This document shows positions 24,901 to 38,934 of a stretch of 64,000 nt of DNA, in pieces; the first letter of the stretch is position 1; every line of letters starts with the position of its first letter. The DNA is taken from NCBI GenBank assembly GCA_009914755.4, contig CP086569.2:10368001-10432000 (forward strand), read 5' to 3'. Made by a program: the position numbers and the translations under genes. The stretch is from the human T2T-CHM13v2.0 reference genome, Homo sapiens. The notes below the pieces were generated by a model, which made no database searches, had not been told where the DNA came from, and saw only the letters and a program-made list of their open reading frames with translations.

Positions 24901-27900
24901 GAAAATATCTTCACACACACAAAAAAAGACAGAAGAATTCTGAGGAACTTTTTTGTGATGTGTGCATTCATCTCAAACAGCTGAACCTTTCTTTTGGTTG
25001 AGCAGTTTGGAAACAGTCTTTTTGTAGAATCTGCAAGTGGACATTTGGAGCGCTATGTGGCCTATGGTAGAACAGGAAATATCTTCACATAAAATCTAGA
25101 CAGAAGCAATCTGAGAAACTTCTGTGGGATGTGTGAATTCATCTCCCAGAGTTAACCCTTTCTTTGGATTGGGCACTTTCGACACTCTCTTTATGCAGAA
25201 TTTGCAAGTGGACTTTTGGAAGGCTTTGACCCCTATGGTGAAAAAGGAAATAACTTCACGTGAAATCTAAACCAAAGCAATATGAAAAATTTCTTTTTGA
25301 TGTGTGCATTCATCTCACAGAGTTAAACCTTTCCTTTGATTGTGCAGTTTTGAAAGGCTCTTTTTGTAGAATCTGCAAGTGGATATTTGAAGCACTTTGA
25401 GGCCTATGGTGGAAGAGGAAATATCTTCAGATTAAAACTTGACAAGAATTCTGCAAAACTTACTTGTGATGTGTGCGTGCATCTCAAATAGTTGAACCTT
25501 TCTTTTGATTGAGCATTAGGAAACACTTTTTTTGTAGAATCTGCAAATTGGGATTTGGAGCGCTCTGCAGCCTGTGGTAAAAAAGGAGATATCTTCACAT
25601 AAAATACAGACAGAAGCAATCAGAGAAACTTCTTTGTGATGTGTGCATTCATCTCACAGAGTTGAAAATTTCTTTTGATGGACTAGTTTTGAAATACTCT
25701 TTTTGTTGAATCTGCAAGTGGACATTTGGAGCTCTTTGAGGCCTATGGTGGAAAAGGAAATCCTTGACATAAAAACTAGACAGAAGTATTCTGAGAAACC
25801 ACTTTGTGATGTGTGCATTCATCTCACAGAGTTGAGCATTTCTTTTGATTGAGGAGTTTGGAAACACTCTTTTTGTAGAATCTGCAGGTGGACATTTGAA
25901 GCTTTTTGTGGCCTATCATAGAAAAGGAAATATTTTAACATAAAATCTAGATAGAGGAAATCTGAGAAACTTCGTTGTGATGTGTGCATTCATCTCCCAG
26001 AATTGAAACTTTCTTTTGATTGAGGAGTTTGGAAACAATCTTTTTGTAGAACGTGCAAGTGGACATTTGGAGTGCTTTGTGGCCTATGGTAGAAAAGGGA
26101 ATACCTTTATATAAGAACTAGACAGAAACATTCTGAGAAACTTATCTGGATGTGTGCATACATCTCCCAGAGTTGAACCTTTCTTGTGATTGTGCAGTTT
26201 GGAAACACTCTTTTTGTAAAATCTGCAAGTGGACATTTTGAGCGCTTTGCGGCCTATGGTAAAAAAGGAAATATCTTCACATGAAATCTAGACAGAAGAT
26301 ATCTGAGAAACTTCTTGGTGATGTGTACATTCATCTCACAGAGTTATACTTTTCTTTTCATTGAGTAGTTTTTTAAACTCTCTTTTTGTAGAATCTGCAT
26401 GTGGACATTTGGAGCGCTTTGAGCCCTGTGTTGGAAAAGGAAATATCTTCACATAAAAACTAGACTAAAGATATCTGAGAAACTTCTTTGTGATGTGTGC
26501 ATTCATCTCCCAGAGTTCAACCTTTCTTTTGATGGACCAGTATTGAAATATTTTTTTTTTTTTTAGAATCTGCAAGTGGACATTTCGAGCACCTTGAGGA
26601 CTATGGTAGAAAATGATATATCTTCACATAAAAATTAGACAGAAGAATTATGAGAAACTTCTTCATGATGTGTGCATTCATCTCACAGAGTTGAACCTTC
26701 CTTTGACTGAGCAGTTTGGAAACCCTCTTTTTGTAGAATCTGCAAGTGAATATTTTGAGTGCTTTGAGGCTGATGGTAGAAAAGGAAACACCTTCACATA
26801 GAATCTCCACAGAAGCAATCTGAGAAACTACTTTGTGATGTGTGCATTCATCCCACAGCTTTAAATGTTTCTTTTGCTTGAGCATTTTTGAAACTCTCTT
26901 TTCATAGAATCTGCAAGTGGACATTTGGAGAGCTTTGTGCCCTGCAGTAGAAAAGGAAATATCTTCACATAAAATCTTAACAAAAGCAATCTGAGAAACT
27001 TCTTTGAGATGTATGCATTCATCTCACAGAGATAAACCTTTCTTTTGATTGGACAGTTTTGAAATTCTCTTTTTGTAGATTCTGCAATTGGACGTTTGGA
27101 GCGTTTTGAGGCCTATGGTGGTAAAGGAAATATCTTCACATATAAACTAGACAGAACAATTCTGGGAAATTCCTTTGTGATGTTTGCATTCATCTCATGG
27201 AGTTGAACCTTTCTTTTGATTGAGCAGTTTGGAAACACTCTTTTTGTAGGATCTGGCAATTGGTCATTTCGAGTCCTTTGCAGCCAATGGTAGAAAAGGA
27301 AGTATCTTCACACAAAATCTAGACAGAAACAATCTGAGAAACTTGTTTCTGATGTGTGCATTCATCTCACAGAGTCAAACCTTTCTTTTGATTGAGAAGT
27401 TCTGAAACTTTCTTTTTGTAGAATCTGCAAGTGGGCATTTGGAGCGCTTTGAGGCCTATGGTGGAAAAGGTAATATCCTCACATAAAAATTACACAGAAG
27501 AATTCTGACAAACTTCTTTGTGATGTGTGTGTTCATCTCACAGAGTTGAGCCTTTCTTTTGATTGAACAGTTTGGAAACACTGTTTATGTAGAATCTGCA
27601 AGTGGACATTTGGAGCACTTTGAGGCCTGTGGTAGAAAAGGAAATACCTTCACATAAAATCTAGACAGAAGCAATCTGAGAAACTTCTTTCTGATGTGTG
27701 CATTCATCCTACAGAGTTAAATGGTTCTTTTGATTGAGCATTTTTGAAACTATCTTTTCGTAGAATCTGCAAGTGGAAATTTGGAGCGCTTTGAGGCTTA
27801 TGGTGGAAAAGGAAATATCTTCACATAAAAACTAGACAGAAGAATTCTGAGAAACTACTTTGTAATGTGAGCGTTCATCTCACAGAGTTGAATCTTTCTT

Positions 27901-30900
27901 TTGATTGAGCAGTTTGGAAACATCGTTTTTGTAGAATCTGCAAGTGGACATTTGGAGCTCTTTGCAGCCTATGGTAGAAAAGGAAATATCTTCACATAAT
28001 ATCTAGAAAGAAGCAATCTGAGAAACTTCTTTTTGATGTGTGCATTCATCTCACAGAGTTAAACATTTGTTTTGATTGAGCAGTTTTGAAACTCTCTTTC
28101 TGTAAAATCTGCAAGTAGACATTTGAAGCGCTTTGAGGTCTATGTTGGAAAAGGAAATATCTTCTTAGAAAATGTAGACCGAAGAATTCTGAGAAACTCC
28201 TTTGTGATGTGTGCATTCATCTCACAAAGTTGAATTTTTCTTTTGATTGAGCAGTTTGGAAACATTCTTTTTGTAGAATCTGCAAGTGGAAGTTTGGAGA
28301 GCTTTGCGGCTTATGGTACAGAAGGAAATATCTTCACATGCTATCTATACAGAAGCAATCTGAGAAGCTTCTTTGTGATGTATTTATCTCACAGAGATAA
28401 ATCTTTCTTTTGACAGAGCAGTTTAGAAACTATCTGTAGAATCTGCAAGTGGACATTTAGAGCGCTTTGTGGCCTATGGTAGAAAAGGTAACATCTTCAC
28501 ATAAAATCTAGACAATAGCAATCTGGGAAACTTCTTTGTGAAGGGTGCATTCATCTCACAGAGTTAACCTTTTCTTTTGATTGAACAGTTTGGAAACTCT
28601 CTTGTTGTAGTATCTGCAAGTGGACATTTGGAGCACTTTGATGCCTGTGGTGGAAAAGGAAATATCTTCACATAAAAATAGATAGAAGCATTTTGAGAAA
28701 CTTCTCTGTGAGGTGTGCGTTCATCTCCCAGAGTTGAACCTTTCTTTTGATGGACTAGTATTGACATACTCTTTTTGTAGAATCTGCAAGTGGACTTTTC
28801 TAGCGCCGTGTGGCCTATGGTGGAAAATGATATATCTTCAAATAAAATCTAGACAGAAGAAATCTGAGAAACTTCTTTGTAATGAGTGCATTCGTCTCAC
28901 TGAGTTAAACATTTCTTTTGATTGAGCAGTTTTGAAACTCTCTTTTTGTAGTATCTGCAAGTGGACATTTGGAATGCTTTGAGGCCTGTGGCGGAAAAGG
29001 ACACATCTTCACATAAAACCTAGACAGAAGAATTCAGAGTAACTTCTCTGTGATGTGTGGGCACATCTCACAGAGTTGAAAATTTCTTTTGATTGAGCAG
29101 TTTGGAAACACTCTTTTTGTAGAATCTGCAAGTGGAGATTTGGAGCGCTTTGTGGTCTATGGTAGAAAAGGAACTATATTCACATAAAATCTAGACAGAA
29201 GCAATCTGAGAAACTTCTTCATGATGTATACATTCATGTCACAGAGTTAAACTTTTCTTTTGATTGAGCACTTTGAAACACTCTTTTTGTAGAAGCTGCA
29301 AGTGGACATTTGGAGCACTTTCAGGCCTATGGTAGAAAAGGAAATATCTTCACATAAAAACTACACAGAAGAATTATGAGAAACTTCTCTGTGATGCGTG
29401 AGTTGATCTCACAGAGTTGAACATTTCTTTTGATTGAGCAGTTTGGAAACACTCTTTTTGTAGAATCTGCAAGTGGACATTTGGAGAGCTTTGCAGCCTA
29501 TGGCAGAAAAGGAAATGTCTTCACATAATATCTAGACATAAGCAATCTGAGAAACTTCTTTGTGATGTGTGCATTCATCTCACAGAGTTAAAACTTTCTT
29601 TTGATTGAGCAGTTTTGAAACTCTCTTTTTGTAGAATCTGAAAGTGGACATTAGTATCGCTTTGAGGCCTATGGTGGAAAAGGAAATATCTTCACATAAA
29701 AACTAGTCAGAAGAATTCTTTGTGATGTGTGTGTTCACCTCACAGAGTTGAACCTTTCTTTTGATTGAGAAATTTGGAAACACTCTTTTTGTAGAATCTG
29801 CAAGAGGATATTTGGAGCCATTTGCGGCCTAAGTTCGAAAAGGAAATATCTTCACATAAAATCTAGACAGAAGCAATCTGATAAACTTCTTCATGACGTG
29901 TGCATTCATCTCACAGAGTTAAACATTTCTTTTGATTGAGCAGTTCTGAAAGTCTCTTTTTGTAGAATCTGCAAGTGGACCTTTGGAGCGCTTTGTGGCC
30001 GATGGTAGAAAAGGAAATATCTTCACATAAAATCTAGACAGAAGCAATCTGAGAAAATTCTTTGTGATGAGGGCTTTCATCTCACAGTTAAACCATTCTT
30101 TTGATTAACCAGTTTTGAAACTCTCTTTTGGTAGAATCTGCAAGTGGACATTTGGAGCGCTTTGAGGTCTATGGTGGAAAAAGAAATATGTTCACATATA
30201 AACCAGACAGAATAATTCTGATAAACTTCTTTGTGATGTGGGCTTTCATCTCACAGAGTTGAACCTTTCTTTTGATTGAGCAGTTTTGAAACACTCTTTT
30301 TGTAGGATCTGCATGTGGACATTTGTAGCGCTTTGTGGCCTATGTTAGAAAAGGAAATATCTTCTCATAAATTCTAGACAGCAGCAATCTGAGAAACTTC
30401 TTTGCGATGTGTGCATTCATCTCACAGAGTTCAACATTTGTTTTGATTGAGCAGTTTTGAAACTCTCTTTTTGTAGAATGTGCAATTGGAAATTTGGAGC
30501 GATTTAAAGCCTATGGTGGAAAAGAAAATATCTTCACATAAAAAGTACACAGAAGCATTCTGAGAAACTTCTTTGTGATGTGTACATTCATCTCACAGTG
30601 TTGAACCTTTCTTTTGATTGAGCAGCTTTGAAACACTCTTTTTGTAGTATCTGCTAGTGGATACATGGAGCGATTTGAGGTCTATTGTGGAAAAGGAAAT
30701 ATCTTCACATAAAAACTACAAAGAAGCATTCTTTCAAACTTATTTGTTATGAGTGAATTCATCACACAGAGTGGAAGCTTTATTTTGATTGATCAGTTCT
30801 GAAACACTCTTTTTGTCGAATCTGGAAGTGGATATTTGGAGGGCTTTGAGGCTTATTTTGGAAAGGAACTATCTTCACATAAAAACTACACAGAAGCATT

Positions 30901-31620
30901 ATGAGATACTTCTTTGTTATGTGTCTATTCAACTCACAGAGTGGAAACTATCTTTTGATGGGGCACTTTTAAATCTCTCTTTTTGCAGAATCTGCAAGCG
31001 GATATTTGGAGCGTTTTGAGGCTTACCGTGGAAAAGCAAAAATCTTCACCTAAAAACTACACAGAAACATTCTGAGAAACTTCTTTGTCACGTGTGTATT
31101 CAACTCACAAGGTCGAACCTATCTTTTGATTGACCAGTTTTGAATCTCTCTTCTTGCAGAATCTGCAAGTGGATATTTGCAGAGTTTTTAGGCCTATTGT
31201 GGAAAAGGAAATGTCTCCACATAAAAACTACACAGAGAAATTCTGAGAAACTTCTTTGTGATGTGTGCATTCAACTCAGAGAGCTGGACCGATCTTTTGA
31301 TTGAGCAGTTTTGAAACACTCTTTTTGTAGAATCTGCAAGTGGACACTTGGAGCGCTTTGAGGCCTATGGTGGAAAAGGTAGTATTTTCCAATATAAACT
31401 ATACAGAATAATTCTGAGAAACTTCTTTGTGACATGTGTGTTCATCTCCCAGAGTTGAACCTTTCTTTTCACTGAGCAGCTTGGACACACTCTTTTTGTA
31501 GAATCTGCAAGTGGACATTTGGAGCACTTTGCAGCCTAAGGCAGAAAAGGAAATATCTTCATATAGAATCTAGACAGAAGCAATCTGAGAAACTTCTTTG
31601 TGATGTGTGCATTCATCTCG
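21937..31620 (+). repeat. Alpha satellite array, plus orientation. Monomers are 171 bp and diverged, with an alternating A/B dimeric organisation.
   Basis: The classic alpha-satellite monomer is repeated about 57 times (...cattcatctcacagagttgaacctttcttttgattgagcagtttggaaacactctttttgtagaatctgcaagtggacatttggagcgctttgaggcctatggtggaaaaggaaatatcttcacataaaaactagacagaagaattctgagaaacttctttgtgatgtgtg...). Type A (ctatggtGgaaaagg...aaaAactagacagaagAattctg) alternates with type B (ctatggtAgaaaagg...aaaTctagacagaagCaatctg). The pJalpha-type motif (ctatggtggaaaaggaa) recurs. No CENP-B box (ttcgttggaaacggga) was seen on reading. Confidence 0.95.
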
Positions 31621-34600
31621 AAACAGCTCATTGAAAAGAAAGGTTCAACTCTGTGTGATAGATGCACCCATCACAAAGAAATTTCTCTGAATGTTTCTGT
31701 GTAGTTTTTATGTGAAGACATTTGCTTTTCCACAATAGGCCTCAAAACACACCAAATATCCACTTGCAGATTCTACAAAAAGAGTGTTTGATAACTGCTG
31801 AATCATAACATAGGTTCAACCCTGTGAGATAAATGTACACATCACAAATAAGTTTCTCATAATGCTTCTCTGTAGTTTTTATTTGAATATATTTCCTTTT
31901 CCACCATAGGCCACAAAGGACCCCAAATATCCAATGGCAGTAACTACAAAAAGAGAGATTCAAAACTGCTCAATCAAAAGATAGGTTCAACTTTGTGAGT
32001 TGAATGCACACATCACAAAGAAGTTTCTAGGAATTTCTATATGTAGTTTTTATGTGGAGATATTTCCTTTTCCACAATAGGCCTAAAAGCTCTCCAAATA
32101 TCCACTTACAGATTCTTCAAAAAGAGAGATTCAAAACTGGTCAATCAAAAGATAGGTTCATCCTTGTGTAAGTTGACTGCACACGTGGCAAAGAAATTTC
32201 TCAGAATGCTTCTGTGTAGTTTTTATGTGAAGATATTTGCTTTTCCATGGTATGTCTCAAAGTGCTCCAAATATCCACTTGCAGATTCTGCAAAAATGGA
32301 GATTCAAAACTGCTCAATCAAAAGATAGTTTCCACTCTGTGGGTTGAATGCACACATAACAAAGAAGTTTCTCAAAATGCTTCTGTGTAGTTTTTATGGG
32401 AAGATATTTCCTTTTCCAAAATAAGCCCCAAAGCCCTCCAAATATCCACTTCCAGTTCTACAAAAAGAGTGTTTCTGAACTGCTCAATCGAAAGAAAGGT
32501 TGCACTCTGTGTGATGAATTCACTCACCGCAAAGAATTCTGTGAGAATGCTTCTGTGTAGTTTTTATATGAAGATATTTCCTTTTCCACAATAGGCCTCA
32601 AATTGCTCCAAATATCCACTAGCAGATTGTACAAAAAGAGTGTTTCAAAACTGCTCAATGAAAAGAAAGATTCAACACTGTGAAATAAATGCACACACCA
32701 CAAAGAAGTTTCTCAGAATGCTTCTGTGTAGTTTTTATGTGAAGATATTTGCTTTTCCACAGTAGGCCTCAAAGGGCTCCAAATATTCACGTGCAGATTC
32801 TACAAAAAGAGAGATTTCAAAACTGCTCAATCAACAGACAGGTTTGACTCTGTGAGTTGAATGCACACATCACAAAGAAGTTTCTCAGAATGCTTCCGTG
32901 TAGTATTTGTGTGAAGATATTTGATTTTCCACAGTAGACCTCAAAGCTCTCTAAACATCCCCTTGCAGATTCTGCAAAAAGAGAGATTCAAAACTGCTCA
33001 ATCAAAAGATAGGTTCAACACTGTGAGTTGAAGACACACATAACAAAGAAGTTTCTCAGAAGATTTCTGTGTAGTTTTTATTTGAAGATATCTTTTTTTC
33101 CAAAATTGACCTCCAAGCCCTCCAAATATCCACTTCCAGATTCTACAAAAATAATGTTTAAAAACTGCTCAATCAAAAGAAGAGTTCAATCCTGTGAGAG
33201 GAATGCGCACATCAAAAAGGAATTTCTCAGAATGCTTTTGTGTAGTTTTTATGTGAGGATATTTCCTTTTCCACAACAGGCCACAAAGGGCTCCAAATAT
33301 CCACTTGCAGATTCTACTGAAAGAGTGCTTCTAAACTGCTCAATCAAAAGAAAGTTTCAACTCTCTGAGATGAATGCACACATCACAAATAAGTTTCTTA
33401 GAATGCTTCTGTGTAGATTTTATGTGAAGATATTTCCTTTTTCACCATAGGCCACAAAAGACTCCAAATATGCAATTGTAGATTCTACAAAAAGAGAGTT
33501 TCAAAACTGCTCAACCAAAAGATAGATTCAACTCTGTGACTTGAATGCACACATCACAAAGAAGCTTCTCAGAATGCTTCTGTGTAGTTTTTATGTGAAG
33601 ATATTTGATTTTCCACAGTTGGCCTCAAAACCCTCCAAATATCCAGTAACAGATTCTGCAAAAACAGAGATTCGAAACTGCTCAATCAAAATATAGTTTC
33701 AACTCTGTGAGTTGAATGCACACATCACAAAGCAGTTTCTCAGAATGCTTCTGTGTAGTTTTTATGTGAAGCTATTTTATTTTCCACAGTAGGCCTCAAA
33801 GCACTCCTAATATCCACTTGCAGATTCTGCAAAAAGAGATTCAAAACAGCTCAATCAAAAGATAGTTTCAACTCTGTTAGTTGAATACACACCTCACAAA
33901 GAAGTTTCTCAAATTCTTCACTGTAGTTTTTATGTGAAGATATCTTTTTCTCCAATATAGTCCTCAAATCCCTCCAAATAGCCACTTCCAGATTCTACGA
34001 AAAGACTGTTTCAAAACTGCTCAATCCAAAGAAAGGTTCAACTCTGTGTGGTGAATGCACTCATCACAAAGAAGTTTCTCTGAACACTTCTGTGTAGTTT
34101 TTATTTGAAGATATTTACTTTTCCACCATAGGGTGAAAAGGGCTCCAAATACCCACTTGCAGATTCTACAAGAGAGATGCTAAACTGCTCATTGAAAAGA
34201 TAGGTTCAACTCTGTGAGTTGAATGCGCACATCACAAATCAGTTTCTCAGAATGCTTCTGTGTAGTTTTTATGTGAAGATATTTCCTTTTCCACTGTAGG
34301 CCTCAAATAGCTCCAAAGATACACTTGCAGATCATACAAAAACAGTGTTTCAATACGGCTTAATCAAAAGAAATGTTCAACTCTGTGAAATGAATGCATA
34401 CATCACAAAGAAGTTTCTCAGAATTTACTTTCAGAATTTTAGGTGAAGATATTTGCTTTTCCACGTTAGGACTCAAAGCGCTCCAAACATCCACTGGCAG
34501 ATTCTACAAAAAGAGTGTTTCAAAACTGCTCAATCATAAGATAGGTTCAACCCTGTGAGATGAATGCACACGTCAAAGGGAGTTTCTCAGAATGCTTCTC

Positions 34601-37600
34601 TCAATCAAAAGATAGGTTCAACTCAGTGAGTTGAATGCACACATCACAAAGAAGTTTCTCAGAATGCTTTCATGTAGTTTTTATGTGAAGATATTTGCTT
34701 TTCCACAATAGGCCTCAGATGTCTACAAATATCCACCCTCAGATCCTGCAAAAAGAGAGATTTAAAACTGCTTAATGAAAAGATGGGTTCGACTCTGTGA
34801 GTTGAATGCACACATCACAAAGAAGTTTCTCAGAATGCCTCTCTGTAGTTTTTATGTGAGGATATTTGATTTCCCAAGTAGGCCTCAAAGGGCTCCTAAT
34901 ACCCACTTGCAGATTCTGCAAAAAGAGAGATTCATAACGGCTCAATCAAAAGACAGGTTCAACTCTGAGTTGAATGCATACCTCTCAAAGAAGTTTCTAA
35001 GAATGCTTCTGTGTAGTTTTTATGTGAAGATATCTCCGTCTCCAAGATAGCAATCAAAGCCCTCCAAATATCCACTTCCAGATTCTATGAAAAGAATGTT
35101 TCAAAACTGCACAATCCAAAGAAAGTTTCAACTCTGTTTGAAGAATGCACTCATCCAAAGAAGTTTCTCTGAATGCTTCCGCATAGTTTTTATTTGAACA
35201 TATTTCCTTTTCTACCATAAGGCGTGAAGGGCTCCAAATATCCACATGCAGATTCTCCAAAAAGAGAGATTCTAAACTGCTCAATCTACAGATAGGTTCA
35301 ACTCTGTGAGTTGAATGCACACATCACAAAGAAGTTTCTGAGAATGCCTCTGTCTAGTTTTTATGTGAAGATATTTCCTTTTCCACCATAGGCTTCAAAT
35401 CGCTTCACATATCCACTTGCAGATTCTACAAAAAGAGTGTTTCAAAACTGCTCAATCAAAAGAAAGGTTCAACTCGGTGAGATGAATGCACACATCACAA
35501 AGACGTTCCACAGAATCCTACTGTCTAGTTTTTATATGAAGAAATTTGCTTTTACCCCAGAGGCTACAAAGCAATCAAAATATCCACTTGCAGATTGTAC
35601 AAAAAGAGTGTTTCAAAACTGCTCCATTAAAAGAAATGTTCAACTCTGTGAGCTGAATACACACATCACAAAGTAGTTTCTCAAAATGTTTCTGTCTAGT
35701 TTTTATATGAAGATATTACTTTTTCCACTGTGGGCCTCAAACCCCTCCAAATATCGATTTGCAGATACCACAAAAACACAGAGTCCAAATTGTGCAATCC
35801 AAAGAAAAAGGTACAACTCTGTGGGATAAATGGACACATCACAAAGCAGTTTCTTAGAATGCTTTTGTGTAGTTTTTATGTGAAGATATTTACTTTTCCC
35901 CATTAGGCCTCAAAGCGCTCCAAATATCCTCTTGGAGATTCTACTAAAAGAGTGTGTCAAAGCTGCTCAATCAAAAGTAATGTTGAATTCTGTAAGATGA
36001 ATGAGCACATCACAAAAAAGTTTCTCAGAATGCTTCTGTGTGGTTCTTATGCGAAGATACTTCCTTCTCCACCATTGGCCTCAAAGCACTCCACATATCC
36101 TCTTGCAGATTCTACAAAAAGAGTGTTTGAAAACTGGTGAATGAAAAGAAAGTTTCAATTCTGTGAAATGAATGCACTCATCCAAAGAAGTTTCTCAGAA
36201 TGCTTCTGTCTAGTTTTTATTTGAAGATACTTCCTTTTCCACCATCGGCCCCAAATCACTCCAAATATCCACTTACAGATTCTTCAAAAAGAGTTTTTCA
36301 AAACTGCTCAATCAAAAGAAAGGTTCATCTCTCTGAGATGAATGCACACATCACAAAGAAGTTTCTCAGAATGCTGCTGTATAGTTTTTATTTGAAGATG
36401 TTGCCTTTTCCACTAGTGGCCAAAAAGCTCTCCAAATATCCACTTGCAGATTCCACAAAAAGAGTGTTTCATAATTGCTCAATCAAAAGAAAGATTCAAC
36501 TCTCTGAGTTGAATGCACACATCGCAAAGAAGTTTCTGGGAATGCTTCTGTCCAATTTTAGAGTGAAGATATTTCATTTTCCACAATAGGCCTCAAAGCA
36601 CTCCAAATATCCACTTCCACATTCTACAAAAAGATTGTTTCAAAACTGCTCAATCAAAAGAAAGTTTCATCTCTGTGACATGAATGCATGCATCACAATG
36701 AAGTTTCTCATAATGCTTCCATGTAATTTTTATGGGCAGATATTTCCTTTTCAACCATAGGCCTCAAAGTTCTCCACATATCCAATTGCAGATTCTACAA
36801 AAAGAGTTTTTCAAAACTGCTCAATTAGAGGAAAGGTTCAAATCTGTGATATGAATGCACTGATCACAAAGAAGTTTGTCATAATGCTTCTGTGTAGTTT
36901 TATGTGAAGATATTTCCTTTTCCACAATAGGCCTCAGTGTGCTCCAAATATCCACTTGCTGATTATATAAAAAGAGTGTTTCAAAACTCCTCAATCAAAA
37001 GATAAGTTCAACTCTGTGACTTGAATGCACACATTACAAAGAAGTGTCTCACAATGCTTCTGTGTAGTTTTTATGTGAAGACATTTCCTTTTCCACAAGA
37101 AGCCTGAAAGCGCTCCAAATATCCACTTGAAGATCCTACAAAAAGAGTGTTTCAAAATGGTTCAATCAAAAGCAAGGTTCAACTCTGTGAGATGAATGCA
37201 CACATCACAAAGAAGCTGCTCAGAATGCTTTTGTATAGTTTTTATGTGAAGATATTTCGCTTTCCACCATAGGTCTCAACGGGCTCCAAATATCAACTTG
37301 CAGATTCTACAAAAAGAGTGTTTCCAAACTGCTCAATCAAATGACAGTTTCAACACTGTGAGATGAATGCACACATCACAGAGAAGTTTCTCAGAATGGT
37401 TCTGTGTAGTTTTTATGTGAAAATATTTCCTTTTCCACAATAGGTCTCAAAGCACTCCAAATATCCACTTGCAGATTCTACAAAAAGAGTGTTTCAAAAC
37501 TGCTCAATCAAAAGAAAGGTTTGACCCTGTGTGATGAATTTATTCATCACCAAGTAGTTTCTCAGAATGCTTCTGTGTAGTTTTTTTGTGAAGATATTTC

Positions 37601-38934
37601 CTTTTCCACAATAGGTCTCAAAGGGCTCCAAATATCCACTTGCAGATTGTACAAAAAGAGTGTTTCAAAAGGTCTCAATCAAAAGAAAGTTTCAAATCTC
37701 TGAGATAAATACACACATCACAAAGAAGTTTCTCAGAATGCTTCTGTGTAGTTTTATGTGAAGATATTTGCTTTTCCACAGTAGGCCTCTAAGCACTCCA
37801 TATAACCACTTGCAGAGTCTACCAAAAGGGTGTTTCAAAACTGCTCAGTCATAAGATAGGTTCAACCCTGTGAGATGAATGCACACATCACAAAGAAGTT
37901 TCTCAGAATGCTTCTGTGCAGTTTTTATGTGAAGATATTTCCTTTTCCACAATAGGCCTCAGTGTGCTCCAAATATCCACTTGCAGATTCTATAAAAAGA
38001 GTGTTTCCAAACTGCTCAATCAAATGAAAGTTTCAACACTGTGAGATGAATGCACACATCACAGAGAAGTTTCTCAGAATGGTTCTGTGTAGTTTTTATG
38101 TGAAAATATTTCCTTTTCCACAATAGGCCTCAAAGCGCTCCAAATATCCACTTGTAGATTCTACAAAAAGAGTGTTTCAAAACTGCTCAATCAACAGAAA
38201 GGTTCAACTCTGTGTGATCAATTTATTCATCACCAAGTAGTTTCTCAAAATCCTTCTGTGTAGTTTTTAAGTGAAGATATTCCCTTTTCCACAATAGGCC
38301 TCAAAGGGCTCCAAATACCCACTTGCAGATTGTACAAAATGAGTGTTTCAAAAAGCCTCAATCAAAAGAAAATTTCAAATCTGTGAGATAAATACACACA
38401 TCACAAAGAAGTTTCTCAGAATGCTTCTGTGTAGTTTTTATGTGAAAGTATTTCCTTTTCCACAACAGGCCTCAAAGTGCTCCAAATATCCACTTGAAGA
38501 TTATACAAAAAGAGTGTTTCAAAACTGCTCAATCAAAAGAAAGTTACCACTCTGTGTGATGAATTTATTCATCACAAAGAAGTTTCTCAGAATCCTTCTG
38601 TGTAGTTTTTATGTGAAGTCATTGCCTTTTCCTCCATAGGCCTCAAAGGGCTCCAAATACCCACTTCCATATTCTACAAAAAGAGAGTATCAAAACTGCT
38701 CAATCAAAAGATAGGTTCAACTCTGTGAGTTGAATGCACACATCACAAAGAAGTTTCTCAGAATGCTTCTATATAGTTTTTATGTGAAGATATTTCCTTT
38801 TCCACAATAGGCCTCAAAATGCTCCTAATATCCTCTTGCAGATTCTACAAAAACAGTGTTGCAAAACTGCTCAATCAAAAGAAAGTTTCAACTCTGTGAG
38901 ATGAATGCACACATCACAAAGAAGTTTCTCAGGA
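31621..38934 (-). repeat. Alpha satellite array, minus orientation. It is the inverted continuation of the same array.
   Basis: From 31621 the monomers read as a reverse complement (...gtccacttgcagattctacaaaaagagtgtttcaaaactgctcaatcaaaagaaaggttcaactctgtgagatgaatgcacacatcacaaagaagtttctcagaatgcttctgtgtagtttttatgtgaagatatttccttttccaccataggcctcaaag...). The array ends abruptly at 38934. Confidence 0.95.

Noticed and set aside
21937-38934. Highly regular ~171-bp repeat array that could superficially resemble a CRISPR array, or a novel repeat-based system
   Set aside because: It is canonical primate alpha satellite. Units are 171 bp and contiguous, with no unique spacers, no leader and no cas genes. 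The surrounding Alu, L1 and HERV content makes this human pericentromeric DNA, so prokaryotic system interpretations do not apply.
22000-38934. Numerous 60-140 aa ORFs within the alpha satellite (e.g. 33028-33450, 36200-36589, 38343-38639)
   Set aside because: They are artefacts of a tandemly repeated, stop-poor monomer frame. Their peptides are repeat-periodic (FLRMLLCSFYVKIFPFP...) and have no coding support.
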